From the NCBI GenBank assembly GCA_000092065.1, contig CP000589.1: DNA of 64,000 bases. One strand, 5' to 3'. The position numbers were made by a program, and so were the translations under genes. The DNA is from Ostreococcus lucimarinus (Eukaryota). Below are positions 38,047 through 48,071 of the stretch, one piece after another. The notes below the pieces were generated by a model that worked only from the letters and a program-made list of their open reading frames with translations, did not search any database and was not told the DNA's origin. Every line of letters begins with the position of its first letter. The stretch's first letter is position 1.

Positions 38047-39128
38047 TTAATCGAGCTTAAAACCGGGGATCGGGGCGTACAAGAAGGGCTCGCGGGCGAG
38101 CGGCATGCCGAGGAGCGCGAAGACGCCGCCGGCGGCGGCGCCGACGAGAATGATCGTGACGCCCCATTGCACGCCCTTGCGCACGAATTGAGCGACGACC
38201 TCGGGATCGTTTTCGTTGGCGGTCGCGTTCGTCGTCGTGAGCTGACGCCGGACGTCGATACCGAGAAGCTTGCGCTCGGCGGCTCTCGCCGTTTGCTCGC
38301 TCGCTCGACTCGTCAACGCCAGGGCGTTAAATTCGATACCCTTCTCGGCGCGCATCGCGCGCAACACTCTAGCCACGCTCGCTCGCGTTTCGACGACGGC
38401 CCATTTTGCGATTTCGCTCTTCGAGCCAAACTTCTTCGACGCGTACGTCGCCCCCTCCAACGCGACGTACGCGAATTCCGCGCCGTCGCCGCCCTCGAGC
38501 GCGAACGCCCGCGCCCCCTCCTCGAAACACCGCAACTCTCGCTCGACGTACCCTTTCGCCCGACCGAGCGCATCGACGTCGCTCTTCTTCAAAACTTTCA
38601 AGTCGTCGCTCCCGAAGCACGCCTCACGATCGAACAACGCCTTCGTCTTCGCGCGTTCGCACCCGTCGCCTTCGCCGTCGGCGATCGCCTTCGCCGCGTT
38701 CGACAATCCCACCGCACCTTCGACCCGCACCTCCCGCCGCGTCACCCCTGGCACGTCCCAAACATCTGCACCGCCATCCGCCACGATCGCGTCGTGCGCG
38801 AACGTCAAGAACCTTCCCTTTCTCGTCCCCGCGCCGTCGCTCGAGCGTCGCGCCGCGAACCAAATCTTCTCCTCGTCCACCGTCGCCCGCACGACGTCGT
38901 CGCGCGCCGAGACGCCCTCCGCGACGAGTCCGAGCGACGCGCGCGCGATGACGGCGAGCTCATCGAGCGTGATCGCGCGCTTCATCGCGTCGTCGCCCGT
39001 CGAGAGCCATCCATCGGTCGTGGCGTCGAAAAACGTCCCGGCGGTCTCGCGCGTCGCGCGCGCGACGTCGCAGCGCGCGACGAGCGCGACGAGCGCGATC
39101 AGCGTCGCGGCGACGCGCGCGCGAGGCA
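38047..39128 (-). CDS. hypothetical type-I membrane protein (cleavable signal peptide + C-terminal TM)
   Basis: MPRARVAATLIALVALVARCDVA signal. C-terminal GVTIILVGAAAGGVFALLG helix. The track ORF extends to 40170, but that part is low-complexity antisense of VPS18. Confidence 0.5.
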
Positions 39129-39217
39129 TGGCGACGTTCGACCGACGCGCGCGCGCGGCGTCGCGGTTTGACGATAGATTCCGCGATTCACGACACTCAT
39201 CCGCGCGCGGTCGCGCG

Positions 39218-42200
39218 ATGTCGCGTCCGTTACCCGCGGGTGCGGCGCTGTTGGACGATCCAAACGCCAGGGCGTCGTTCGACGCGTTCGCGCGCCGCGA
39301 CGGGGTCGCGCGCGATGAAGAAACAGACGAAAACGCGCGCGATGTTGATTTGGATGCATCGGCGTCGCGGCCGAAATTCGCGGCGCTGAACGTCGGCGCG
39401 ACGTTGATGACGCCCGGAGTGGAGTCGGATGATGTGGACGATCGCTTAAAGGCGTTCGTGTTGGGTGGGGGTTCGAACGGGCGCGCAGTCGTGAGCGACG
39501 GCGGCGGCGGCGCGTTCGTCGGGCGGTTGGGCGACGGCGCGCGCGACGGCGTCGATGACGACGCGATCGCGCGGAAGATCTCGAGCGAAAACGCGGAAAC
39601 GTCGACGAGCTTGATCGTCGTGGACGATTGGTGCGGCGAACACTGCGTGATCGGGGTGATGGGTCGAGGCGACGGCGCCGGGGACGGGGCGCGATATTGG
39701 CGGCGAGGTTGGGCGGCGGCGCGGCCGCTCGCGGGTTTGCGTGGCGTGCACTGCACGTGCGCGACGTTCGTCAAGGGGAAAGACGGCGACAACGATGGGG
39801 CAAGGATCCTCTTGGGCTCGAGCGATGGGCGCGTGTTCGACGTGCGCGTGGACGCAGCGGACACGCGACGGTTTGAAAAATCGTGCGAAGTGGCGTTAGA
39901 GTTGCGAGACGGGAAAGCCATCACGGGAGTGTGCGCGACGAAAGATCGCGCGAGCGATGGTAGTGAAAGGTTCGGGGCACTGATTACGACGCCGTCGAAA
40001 TTGTACGCGTTCGTGGGGTCGTATTCATTAGAGTCCGTGCTCGCCATGGCACGCGCCCGACCGAGCGGTTTCGAGGCGGCGGTTGAGATGCCCGTGGAGA
40101 GCGATAGGAGTAAGCTGTGCGTGTGGCGAAAGCGGCGATCATCAACGCCTGATCGCATGGCGTGGCTCACCGGGGCTGGGGTTTATCGCGGGAAGCTGAA
40201 TTTCAAAGTCGACGACGCTTCAAGCGTGTTGGAGCAACACGGCGCGCTCCCCTTTCCAAAACTAGAAGACGACGAATCGGGGAACGACGCCCCGATTTCG
40301 CTTGCGATGACGGAGCATCACATTTTATTGCTATACTCGACGCGTTTGGTGGCCATGAATTCAATCACGGGAGATGTGGAAGGGACGATTAAACTACCCC
40401 TAGGTGGCGCGTCGACATTCGCTTTCACCGATCCTGCGACGTCTGTTCCGTACGCGGCGAACGCAGAGAATTTGCTACAAATCGTCGTTACAAACGAAGA
40501 TGCAAACATGTGGCGAGTGTACTGCGACCAAAATGATTACGACCAAGCGATTACGGCGTGCAAGTCTGATTTACAGCGGCAGTTCGTGTACACTGCTCGA
40601 GCAGAACGCGCGTTGAAATTGAAACGCTTCGACGAAGCCGCGACGGCGTTTGCCAACGCCGGCATCGCGCACGCAATCGAAACGATCGCAAAAACGTTCG
40701 TTGACTTGAACGCAAAAGACGCACTGTATGCGTACATGGAAGGGCGGTTACGCGGCTTACCGCAAGACGATGCGGCACGACGTTTGATCATCGCCATGTG
40801 GTTGCTTGAGGAGTACGTCAAGATTGCGAGCTTCTCTCGCAACGAGGCGAACGACTTCAAGGTTCGAGAGTTTTTGCGAGAAAATTTCGAGAGCCTGGAC
40901 GAACGGGAAGCGTTGCGAATTTTAAGCGAAGCTGGTCGTATCGATGACGAAATTTACTTTGCCGAACTGTGCGGTGATTACGACAGGGTATTGGATCATT
41001 TCATGCAAATCGGCGACGCGAGAAAAACTTTAGAAATCGCGGCTTCGCCTAAAGTACCGCGTTCAACGTTGAATCGAGTGTTGCCGACACTCATTAAGGC
41101 ACTGCCAAAAGACTCGATCGATTTCATGCTATCACGCCCGAAGACGGATGACGATGTGAAAATTATAGAGGCTTTGGCTCGCGACGATGCGTCCTACGCG
41201 GCGTCAGAGACGAGTGAATCGCTGGCTGCATACTTGACGAGATATTTAGAGTCCATCACGGCGAAACCGGACGGCGCAGCTCGCGGCGACGCCACGGTGC
41301 ACGATCTTCTGCTCGATGTGTACATCAAACAGCTAGAATCCTCACCCACCGTGGTGGCAACGTTGAACAAGTACATACTCGACGCCGTGGATGAAAGCAC
41401 TAATGCGCCGTACTACGACGTACATTATGCGATTCGTATGTGCGAAAAACATGGCGCACATCGAAGCGCTGTGTACGCATACTGTGTATCTCGGGATTTT
41501 GACATGGCCATGCACGTCGCGTTGACGACGCTTCAAGATGTGGAGTTGGCAAAAACCGTGACGAAAAAAGCCGCCGAGTCGAAATCAGATGATCCAAACG
41601 AAGACGAAATCACGCAGAAAAAACTGTGGATTGAGATTGCAAAGTGGTCGATTCGCAAGTCTGGTGCACTGGACAAGGCAATGGCATCGATGGACGAAGA
41701 CGAAAAGCGCACCGCGATTCGCAGCGCGCTGAGCTTTTTGAATGAAACCAACGGCGCGTTGCGTGTGGAGGACATTCTTCCTCTCCTTCCCGACTTCACC
41801 ATCATCGACGACGTGAAGGACTTGGTGCTGCAGTCTCTCACAGAGCATCGAACGGAGATCGAACAATTGAAAGAAGGCCTAGAAGAGATCACCGCCTTCA
41901 CGCAAGACGTCCAGGACGATATCGAGGAGATGGAACAGAAAACCATCGTCATCTCCAAGGATACGAAGTGCTTTGAATGCGGCAAGCCTGTGGTGCGTTT
42001 GCGTCTGATGGAGACGGCGGATGATCCAAACTTACTCGCCCCTTTCTATGTCTTTCCGTGCGAGATGGCGTATCACACTGAGTGCCTACTCCGACGCACG
42101 CTACCTCTCATGCTCATCGATCAACGCAAACGAGCGTTGGCGCTCATGCGTGCGCTCAAGGTGCCGCTCCCGCGACGGCTCAAGCCCGAGACAAAGTTTT

Positions 42201-42514
42201 GGGGCGCGCCGCCGAAATCTGCCACCGGTCTCACCACCGCCGAAGCCGTGAGTGAGCTCGAAGACATCTTATGCGCAGACTGCCCAGATTGTGGCGCGCA
42301 CGATTTACGTCTCATAAACCTCCCAATCTTGACACCAGAAGAGGAAGCCTTGGACGAGGAACTCGTGCGTTTGCTCCCGCCCGAGTGGTTCGAGCCCATG
42401 CACGCAGCCATCAACATGAACGACCCCGCGGAGACGTACCTGACCATGGAAGATTTCAAAAAAATAGATCTCGGCGAGGGATGGCCCGATCACGACTTCT
42501 TCCGCACGTTTTAG
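39218..42514 (+). CDS. VPS18: VPS18 (Pep3/deep-orange) HOPS/CORVET subunit with C-terminal RING-H2
   Basis: C-terminal CFECGKPVVRLRLMETADDPNLLAPFYVFPCEMAYHTECLL matches the Vps18 RING (C..C........PFY.FPCgH.FH..CL). Long alpha-solenoid/clathrin-repeat region upstream. Start moved from 38270 to ATG 39218 (MSRPLPAG...). Confidence 0.75.
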   Translation: MSRPLPAGAALLDDPNARASFDAFARRDGVARDEETDENARDVDLDASASRPKFAALNVGATLMTPGVESDDVDDRLKAFVLGGGSNGRAVVSDGGGGAFVGRLGDGARDGVDDDAIARKISSENAETSTSLIVVDDWCGEHCVIGVMGRGDGAGDGARYWRRGWAAARPLAGLRGVHCTCATFVKGKDGDNDGARILLGSSDGRVFDVRVDAADTRRFEKSCEVALELRDGKAITGVCATKDRASDGSERFGALITTPSKLYAFVGSYSLESVLAMARARPSGFEAAVEMPVESDRSKLCVWRKRRSSTPDRMAWLTGAGVYRGKLNFKVDDASSVLEQHGALPFPKLEDDESGNDAPISLAMTEHHILLLYSTRLVAMNSITGDVEGTIKLPLGGASTFAFTDPATSVPYAANAENLLQIVVTNEDANMWRVYCDQNDYDQAITACKSDLQRQFVYTARAERALKLKRFDEAATAFANAGIAHAIETIAKTFVDLNAKDALYAYMEGRLRGLPQDDAARRLIIAMWLLEEYVKIASFSRNEANDFKVREFLRENFESLDEREALRILSEAGRIDDEIYFAELCGDYDRVLDHFMQIGDARKTLEIAASPKVPRSTLNRVLPTLIKALPKDSIDFMLSRPKTDDDVKIIEALARDDASYAASETSESLAAYLTRYLESITAKPDGAARGDATVHDLLLDVYIKQLESSPTVVATLNKYILDAVDESTNAPYYDVHYAIRMCEKHGAHRSAVYAYCVSRDFDMAMHVALTTLQDVELAKTVTKKAAESKSDDPNEDEITQKKLWIEIAKWSIRKSGALDKAMASMDEDEKRTAIRSALSFLNETNGALRVEDILPLLPDFTIIDDVKDLVLQSLTEHRTEIEQLKEGLEEITAFTQDVQDDIEEMEQKTIVISKDTKCFECGKPVVRLRLMETADDPNLLAPFYVFPCEMAYHTECLLRRTLPLMLIDQRKRALALMRALKVPLPRRLKPETKFWGAPPKSATGLTTAEAVSELEDILCADCPDCGAHDLRLINLPILTPEEEALDEELVRLLPPEWFEPMHAAINMNDPAETYLTMEDFKKIDLGEGWPDHDFFRTF

Positions 42515-42595
42515 AATTTTAGACATCCATGTTGAAATCGACGGAGCCGTCGCTTATCCACAGCCCGTGCGCGCGCAGAGTCTCCACAGCGCGAC

Positions 42596-43876
42596 GTGAT
42601 GCATCGCGCCCTCGCTCGAACTTCTCTGCGGGTATCGCGTCACGACTTAACGACATCAATCTCCAGTCCCGCGTCGCACGCGCGTCGTCGCGCGATGCCC
42701 GCGCTGTCGTCCCGAGCCGACGCCGACTCGAAATCTGTCCCCACCGGGTCGCGAGAGCCACACTTTCGGTTCGGTTTGCTCGCCGACATACAGTACTGCG
42801 ACGGCGACGACCGCAAAAACATCACCGGAACGCAAATGCGGAGGTACAGGAACACGCTGAACGTCGCGGAACGGGCGGTGGAGTATTTTAACACGCACGA
42901 GTGTGACTTTTTGGTGCACAACGGAGACATCACCGACCACCAGTGCGCGTTTGATTTCGCGAGCGATGATTTTAAGCCCATCGAGCGCGGAAGAGAGGAT
43001 TTAGGGGCGGTGATGCGGATATTGAGCCGAGCGAAGTGCGCGGAGTGGTTGTTCACGGTTGGGAATCACGAGCTGTATAATTTTACGCGAGAGGAGTTGC
43101 GCCAAGGCGTGGCGAGTCCTGGGAATTCGTTGAATTTGAAATGCTCGAACGCGGATGGGGAGTTTTATTACTCCTTCAAAGCCGGACCGGGATGGCGAGT
43201 GATGGTGCTGGATCCGTACGCGGTGAGTATTTATCGCAAAGGTCGCCAGCAAGGGCTGTGCGAGGAAGCGGTGGAGCTGTTGCGCAAGCACAACCCAAAC
43301 GTCGACTTGTTCGTCAAGGAAAATCCAGACGTGATAGAGACCGAACGCATGAGCGGGACTTTTCCGTACTTCAAAGACATCGAGGGGCTGGCTGGGCGAT
43401 GGGTGCCGTTTAACGGAGGATTGGGGAAAGAGCAAATCGCCTGGGCTCGCGAGACGATTCGCGCCGCGAGCGCCGCAGACGAAAAGGTATTAATCTTCTC
43501 TCACTTGCTCATCCACCCGCACTCCACGGCGAAAAGATCGGGCAAGACTTTGATGTGGGACTACGACGAAATTTTAGAAATTATCGAGGCCGAGGAAACG
43601 CGAGGGTGCGTGAAGTGCGTAGTCTCCGGCCACCAACACGAAGGCACAAAGTGGCAGTGCGAGAAAACGGGCGTGCATTACATCGGCATGGAGAGCCCGA
43701 TGCTAGCCATGGACGTGTCCCCGGGACCATTTGCCATCGTTGAAGTCTTCGATGATGAAATTGTATTCAAAGGGTACGGGCGAAACGAGGACTCGCTCTT
43801 ATTCCCTTTCGATCCAGAAGAACCACCGACGGAGCCGTTGTTGTGCAGTCTTCGTGTGAATTCGCATGATCCTTAG
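42596..43876 (+). CDS. ADPRM: Mn-dependent ADP-ribose/CDP-alcohol diphosphatase (ADPRM-like metallophosphoesterase); N-terminal presequence possible
   Basis: FGLLADIQYCDGDD...RRYRNTL / FTVGNHELYNFTREEL / LLRKHNPNVDLFVKENP / FNGGLGKEQIAWARETI...EKVLIFSHLLIHP are colinear with ADPRM blocks (FGVIADIQFADLED / HTWGNHEFYNFSREYL / ILREHNPNTELNSP / FNGGFSQEQLNWLNEVL...EKVVIVSHLPIYP). Confidence 0.8.
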   Translation: MMHRALARTSLRVSRHDLTTSISSPASHARRRAMPALSSRADADSKSVPTGSREPHFRFGLLADIQYCDGDDRKNITGTQMRRYRNTLNVAERAVEYFNTHECDFLVHNGDITDHQCAFDFASDDFKPIERGREDLGAVMRILSRAKCAEWLFTVGNHELYNFTREELRQGVASPGNSLNLKCSNADGEFYYSFKAGPGWRVMVLDPYAVSIYRKGRQQGLCEEAVELLRKHNPNVDLFVKENPDVIETERMSGTFPYFKDIEGLAGRWVPFNGGLGKEQIAWARETIRAASAADEKVLIFSHLLIHPHSTAKRSGKTLMWDYDEILEIIEAEETRGCVKCVVSGHQHEGTKWQCEKTGVHYIGMESPMLAMDVSPGPFAIVEVFDDEIVFKGYGRNEDSLLFPFDPEEPPTEPLLCSLRVNSHDP

Positions 43877-43879
43877 AGC

Positions 43880-43930
43880 GCCCATCACACCACGTGTTGT
43901 ATTACTTTTACAATCCTTGTTAGTCATATT
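43880..43930 (-). ncRNA. weak candidate SECIS element in the MsrA 3' UTR (AUGA ... AAAA ... UGAU, 36-nt spacing)
   Basis: The minus-strand RNA ...AUAUGACUAACAAGGAUUGUAAAAGUAAUACAACACGUGGUGUGAUGGG has the core motifs at the right spacing and a UUGUA/UACAA apical stem. Helix I/II pairing could not be confirmed by eye. Confidence 0.2.
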
Positions 43931-44064
43931 CTGTCGCTTTGCGATCGTCGCGCGCTTTCATCGGACGAAATCTCAGACGCAATGGCGTCTTTTGCGATTT
44001 CGTCGTCACGCGCGCGCGGACGTCGCTGCGCGAAAACAAATCTACTACTTTGACGCGACGAAAA

Positions 44065-44673
44065 TCACCACCCGAAACGCGACACGCGCGGTTTATTGTA
44101 GTACTTTTGATGGTACTCTTCGGCATCCCACCACGGTGTCGCTAAAGAGACCTCCGGCGGGTAGATATCGGTGAAGAACTTTCGCTGCACTTGCTTCTCG
44201 CGCGCTTCCTTGGACGCCACCGCTTTTTCGTACTGCTCGGGCGTCTGCGCCCAAATAGCGCTCTTATACTGCGCTTTGCTTTCGTACGTGGGTTGATGCT
44301 CGCTCCAAAACTGTTCCAACAGCTTATCGAAGCTCGTCGTCGCCGCGTCGTACGCCACGTAATACCCCTCCGTGTGCCCGGTTCCTCCGGCACACACCGC
44401 TGAATACGTCGGGAAATCGCTCTCGCCTCCTGTGTACCCGACCCTGACGTTCTTCACGCCCTTGAGCGCGCTGAACGAGGCGTCGGGCCCCCAAAATCAC
44501 CCAGAGGCGAAGACGGCGAGTTGGCAATTTTCCGGGACGACGAAACCATCGCCGCGGTCGGTGCGCCGCGCGTCCTTGCTCGCGGGCATCGCGGCGAGCG
44601 CGCGGACGTTTCTTTTGTTCGCGGACGCGCGCGAGGGAGCGGCGACGCGCGCGGTCGCGACGGCAGCGCGCAT
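44065..44673 (-). CDS. MSRA: peptide methionine sulfoxide reductase A, selenoprotein form (TGA = Sec at 44497..44499, replacing the catalytic Cys)
   Basis: Two track ORFs (44497..44934 and 44065..44457) are in the same frame separated only by TGA. Read through, they give ...AVFASG-U-FWGPDASFSALKGVKNVRVGYTGGESDFPTYSAVCAGGTGHTEGY..., the MsrA active-site motif GCFWG with C->U. The downstream segment starts with GTG, not ATG, so it cannot be an independent gene. Start ATG 44673 (MRAAVATARV..., presequence-like). Confidence 0.75.
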
Positions 44674-44845
44674 CGGGACGCGCGTCCCGGTGTGACGTGG
44701 CCGCACAGATTTCGACCGCGCGGGCGCGCGCGGTCGAAATCTGAGGCGCACACCGGCGCGACGCGACGCGCGCGCGAGACGAAAGCTAGAGATATGATGA
44801 GTAAAAATATTAATCTCGCGCGCGACGACGACGGCGAGCGCGCGA

Positions 44846-45400
44846 TCAGCGCAGGATGACCAGAGACCAATCCGGGAACTTTGCGTTCCAGTATCGAACG
44901 CCCATCTGCGCGAGCGTTCGCGAGTTATCGTCAAACTTCTTCCCCGCGTACGCCAAGCGCACGAGCCCCGGCATGACTCCAGTTTTATCCGCGATGAGCT
45001 TTTTCACCTCGTTCACGCGCGTGGTGTCCGAGACGTCGATCCAGAACGGCCCTCCGTACTCGCAGTCGACGTGCAGCATGCTCGTGACGAGCAGACGCAG
45101 CGTCTTCGGCGGCTTTCTCATCGCCGCCACTTTCGCGTCGATGAAGCTCCCGAGCGGAATCCCTTTCGCCACGGCCTCGGCTTTATCCTTCAAGTATTCC
45201 TCGCGCGTCGGATCGTACATGGGCGTCCACTCCGAGCTCACCCCTCCCTCCCCGCGCGTCGCCGGCGCGTACCTCTCATCCTCCTCGTACCACGGGTACC
45301 CACCGTTCGGCGGGATCGTCGCCGTCGCCCCCGACCCCCCGGTCCCGGGCGCGTTGTTATACTTTGAAAACGCGAGGTCCGAGCTTCGATACGTCGGCAT
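44846..45400 (-). CDS. ubiquitin-like-domain protein (C-terminal beta-grasp Ubl)
   Basis: C-terminal FWIDVSDTTRVNEVKKLIADKTGVMPGLVRLAYAGKKFDDNSRTLAQMGV matches ubiquitin-fold spacing. Confidence 0.55.
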   Translation of the reverse strand: MPTYRSSDLAFSKYNNAPGTGGSGATATIPPNGGYPWYEEDERYAPATRGEGGVSSEWTPMYDPTREEYLKDKAEAVAKGIPLGSFIDAKVAAMRKPPKTLRLLVTSMLHVDCEYGGPFWIDVSDTTRVNEVKKLIADKTGVMPGLVRLAYAGKKFDDNSRTLAQMGVRYWNAKFPDWSLVILR

Positions 45401-45581
45401 CGCGTCCGTCCGCGTCGTCCTGTGCCGTTTTTCGCGGCCGTTTTTCTCGAGAGATCCAAACCGTTTTTTATCTGACGCGACCGCGCGAGGCGACGTCGCG
45501 CGAGTGGATAAGGCGCCTCACCGCGCCGCGCGCGCGCGCGACGCGCGCGGAGGCGCCGAAAAGCTAGGACCGCGCTCGAGA

Positions 45582-46628
45582 ATGACGCGCGCGTCGATCT
45601 GTCGCGCGGTGCCCGCGCGCGCCGCGCGCGCGGCGCCGCGCGCGCGCGCGAACGCGCGACGTGCGGGACGCATCGCGACGACGACGCGCGCGGCGTCGAC
45701 GACGGACTTCCCGAGCTTCTTCCCGCCCGAAGTGCGCGAACTCGAGGAACCGGCGGCGATCGCGATGGCGCGGCGGTGCCGATCGGTGTCGGTGGACGTC
45801 CCGGGGCGGGCGAAGGCGGTGCTGACGTCGTGCGCGGGCGACGCGGGGCCGGCGGGGAGCGACGCGGCGCCGTTCGTGCTGCTGCACGGATTCGATTCGT
45901 CGTGTTTGGAGTACAGAAGGTTGTTTCCGAAGCTCGCGGCGAAGGCGGAGACGTGGGCGGTCGATTTGTTGGGCTGGGGGTTCACGGACGCGCAGGATGG
46001 AGGGATCGGGGATTACTCGCCCGAGGCGAAGCGAGCGCACTTGTACGCGTTTTGGAAGGCGAACGTCGGGCGGCCGATGGTGCTGTGCGGTGCCTCGCTC
46101 GGGGGAGCCGCGGCGATAGATTTCGCGACGAATCATCCGGAGGCGGTCGAGAAGCTCGTGTTGATCGACGCGCAAGGTTTCATCGAAGGTCTCGGGCCGA
46201 TGGGCGCGTTGCCGCGGCCGGTGGCGAAGATGGGCGTGAACATTTTGCGCACGACGGCTTTGCGCAACGCGGCGAATCAAATGGCGTATTACGACAAAGC
46301 GACGTTCGCTACCGATGATGCGCTTCGCGTCGGGCGCTTGCACACGTTTGCGCCGCAGTGGTGCGACGCGACTTTGTCGTTCATGCAATCCGGCGGGTTC
46401 AAGGTGAGAAACTCCATCGCGAAGGTGCCGATGGAGACGCTCGTGTTGTGGGGTCGTGAAGACAAAATCTTGGAGCCCAGCTATGCTGAAAAGTTCATGA
46501 AGGAGCTACCGAACGCACGATTGGTGTGGGTCGAAAAGTGCGGGCACGTCGCGCACTTGGAGCAACCCGAGTTCATGTGCCAGACGCTTTGGGATTTCGC
46601 GGGAAAGACGAGCGCGGCGACGGCGTAG
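45582..46628 (+). CDS. alpha/beta hydrolase (GASLGG nucleophile elbow) with R/A-rich presequence
   Basis: FVLLHGFDSSCLEYRRLFPKL...MVLCGASLGGAAAIDFA...LIDAQG...WGREDKIL...CGHVAHLEQP. The track ORF from 44856 is antisense of the Ubl gene until the ATG at 45582. Confidence 0.75.
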   Translation: MTRASICRAVPARAARAAPRARANARRAGRIATTTRAASTTDFPSFFPPEVRELEEPAAIAMARRCRSVSVDVPGRAKAVLTSCAGDAGPAGSDAAPFVLLHGFDSSCLEYRRLFPKLAAKAETWAVDLLGWGFTDAQDGGIGDYSPEAKRAHLYAFWKANVGRPMVLCGASLGGAAAIDFATNHPEAVEKLVLIDAQGFIEGLGPMGALPRPVAKMGVNILRTTALRNAANQMAYYDKATFATDDALRVGRLHTFAPQWCDATLSFMQSGGFKVRNSIAKVPMETLVLWGREDKILEPSYAEKFMKELPNARLVWVEKCGHVAHLEQPEFMCQTLWDFAGKTSAATA

Positions 46629-46716
46629 AACTGAAATTTCCATAAATTGCGTTGAAATATATATTGCATCAGATCGTTAGTGCATAAACGCTTTTCTTAT
46701 TCGAATTAAAGTCGAA

Positions 46717-47838
46717 TTAAACGACTTGCAACGGCATCGTCGTTTGCGGCTCGCCGACGAGGATAAAGCTCACGGTGTATACCGGAGCGGCGCCGATCGG
46801 CACTTGCAGCGCGCCTCCAAACATCGACATTCCGGGCATTGCGTACATTTTCCCCAGGAAAACGCCCGGGTAAATCGGTCGCAACTCATCGCGGAAGTAC
46901 GTAAAGTCGTGATTGAACGAGCTGTAATCGACGACGACAGCGTTCGTGCCCGGCTGAAAGTTGGAAGAACTGATTTCGGCTCGGCCCGGGTAGAGTTCGA
47001 TTGGCTCCGCCAGTCGTGGGAAGACGCTGTTCAGTAAGGTGCCGTAATTCAACTGAATCAGATTCCTTACTGACGCAGGATCGATTTGATCAAAGACTTT
47101 GCCGCGCCAGCTGTCGAAATTGAATGTTCTACGAACGCCGTACGCGCGGGCGATCGCTTCGTACGTCCCGGTACCGAGGATACACCCCTCGTAGCGACCT
47201 CGAGGAATTTCTGTGCCGGAAAAGTCCGCGGCTTGCCAGTACGCGTCGTCCATCGCCGTGTCGTCGAGATTCGCGCGCAAGAAATCAGAGCCACACACAT
47301 CGTTTTCGACAAATTTACTCACGTTCAACGGGTTGTATCCAAACTGGCCGTCGTCATCGACGTACGAATATAGATTTTGGGCAAAGGTTGAGTTCCAGCT
47401 CGTCGGCGCGAGCGCCGCTCTCGCGCTTTCATCTGACTGGCGCTCGACCGTGGCTGTCAAATTGAACCGCAAGAGCTCAGAAAAGAAAAAAGTCGTGGCG
47501 CGATTCACCACGCGCTCGACGAACGTCGTCGGCCCGAAGAGGGTGTTATCGGTCGCAAAGTCCAGAAAGTAATCTAGCACGGGCGTCGACGTTTCCTCGC
47601 CGCTTTGTCGCGCGAGAATCCAATCCAACACTGGCGTCGCAGTTTCCTCACCGCTTTGTCGCGCGAGAATCCAATCCAACACTGGTGTACCGTCGCCCTG
47701 AGATCCCAAGAGCTTTCGTCGAGCGATCGCGCTGGTGTACTCCGAATCCGACGTCCGGTCGTCGAGCGTCCTCGCGCTCGCCGCTGTCGCGCAGCCCAGC
47801 GCCGCCAAAACCAGCAGCGCCGTCCCCGCCTTCTTCAT
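46717..47838 (-). CDS. hypothetical secreted protein (signal peptide MKKAGTALLVLAALGCATAASA) containing an in-frame 17-aa tandem duplication
   Basis: ORF trimmed to the signal-peptide ATG at 47838. TPVLDWILARQSGEET(A/S) is repeated twice and then degenerates to TPVLDYFLDF. Confidence 0.55.
   Translation of the reverse strand: MKKAGTALLVLAALGCATAASARTLDDRTSDSEYTSAIARRKLLGSQGDGTPVLDWILARQSGEETATPVLDWILARQSGEETSTPVLDYFLDFATDNTLFGPTTFVERVVNRATTFFFSELLRFNLTATVERQSDESARAALAPTSWNSTFAQNLYSYVDDDGQFGYNPLNVSKFVENDVCGSDFLRANLDDTAMDDAYWQAADFSGTEIPRGRYEGCILGTGTYEAIARAYGVRRTFNFDSWRGKVFDQIDPASVRNLIQLNYGTLLNSVFPRLAEPIELYPGRAEISSSNFQPGTNAVVVDYSSFNHDFTYFRDELRPIYPGVFLGKMYAMPGMSMFGGALQVPIGAAPVYTVSFILVGEPQTTMPLQVV
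47585..47686. repeat. 51-bp tandem duplication (x2) inside the secreted-protein CDS
   Basis: GTCG(A/C)(C/A)GTTTCCTC(G/A)CCGCTTTGTCGCGCGAGAATCCAATCCAACACTGG occurs twice back-to-back. Confidence 0.8.
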
Positions 47839-48071
47839 CGCACATCGCGCGCCCTTCACGAACCGCACGTTCACGAAGAATTTTCGCGTCATTTTCCGTC
47901 GCGTTCGTCTCGCGTTCGTCGTGCGCGTCGCGTAATGCCGCCGCCTCGAAACGCTCAATGTGACGGTTAAAATCCATTCGCCTCGAAACGCGCGACTTCG
48001 CGCCTCGAAACCATCGACGGTGGCGTCGCGCGTCCGAGTCGACGCGCGGCGCGCGAGCGCATTCGCACTCC

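Noticed and set aside
38270-39217. 316-codon N-terminal extension of the VPS18 ORF, and the 330-codon N-terminal part of the opposite-strand ORF 38047..40170
   Set aside because: Both extensions are S/P/A/R low complexity and mutually antisense. The real genes are a divergent pair starting at ATG 39218 (+) and ATG 39128 (-, with signal peptide).
43950-43965. Second AUGA (ccgAUGAaag) in the MsrA 3' UTR as a SECIS core
   Set aside because: No suitably spaced 3' GA quartet partner or complementary helix could be found by eye. Only the 43880..43930 candidate has AUGA...AAAA...UGAU at the right distance, and even that one is weak.
44856-45581. Upstream 242 codons of the long plus ORF 44856..46628
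   Set aside because: It is antisense to the ubiquitin-like-domain gene and low complexity. The hydrolase homology begins only after the ATG at 45582.
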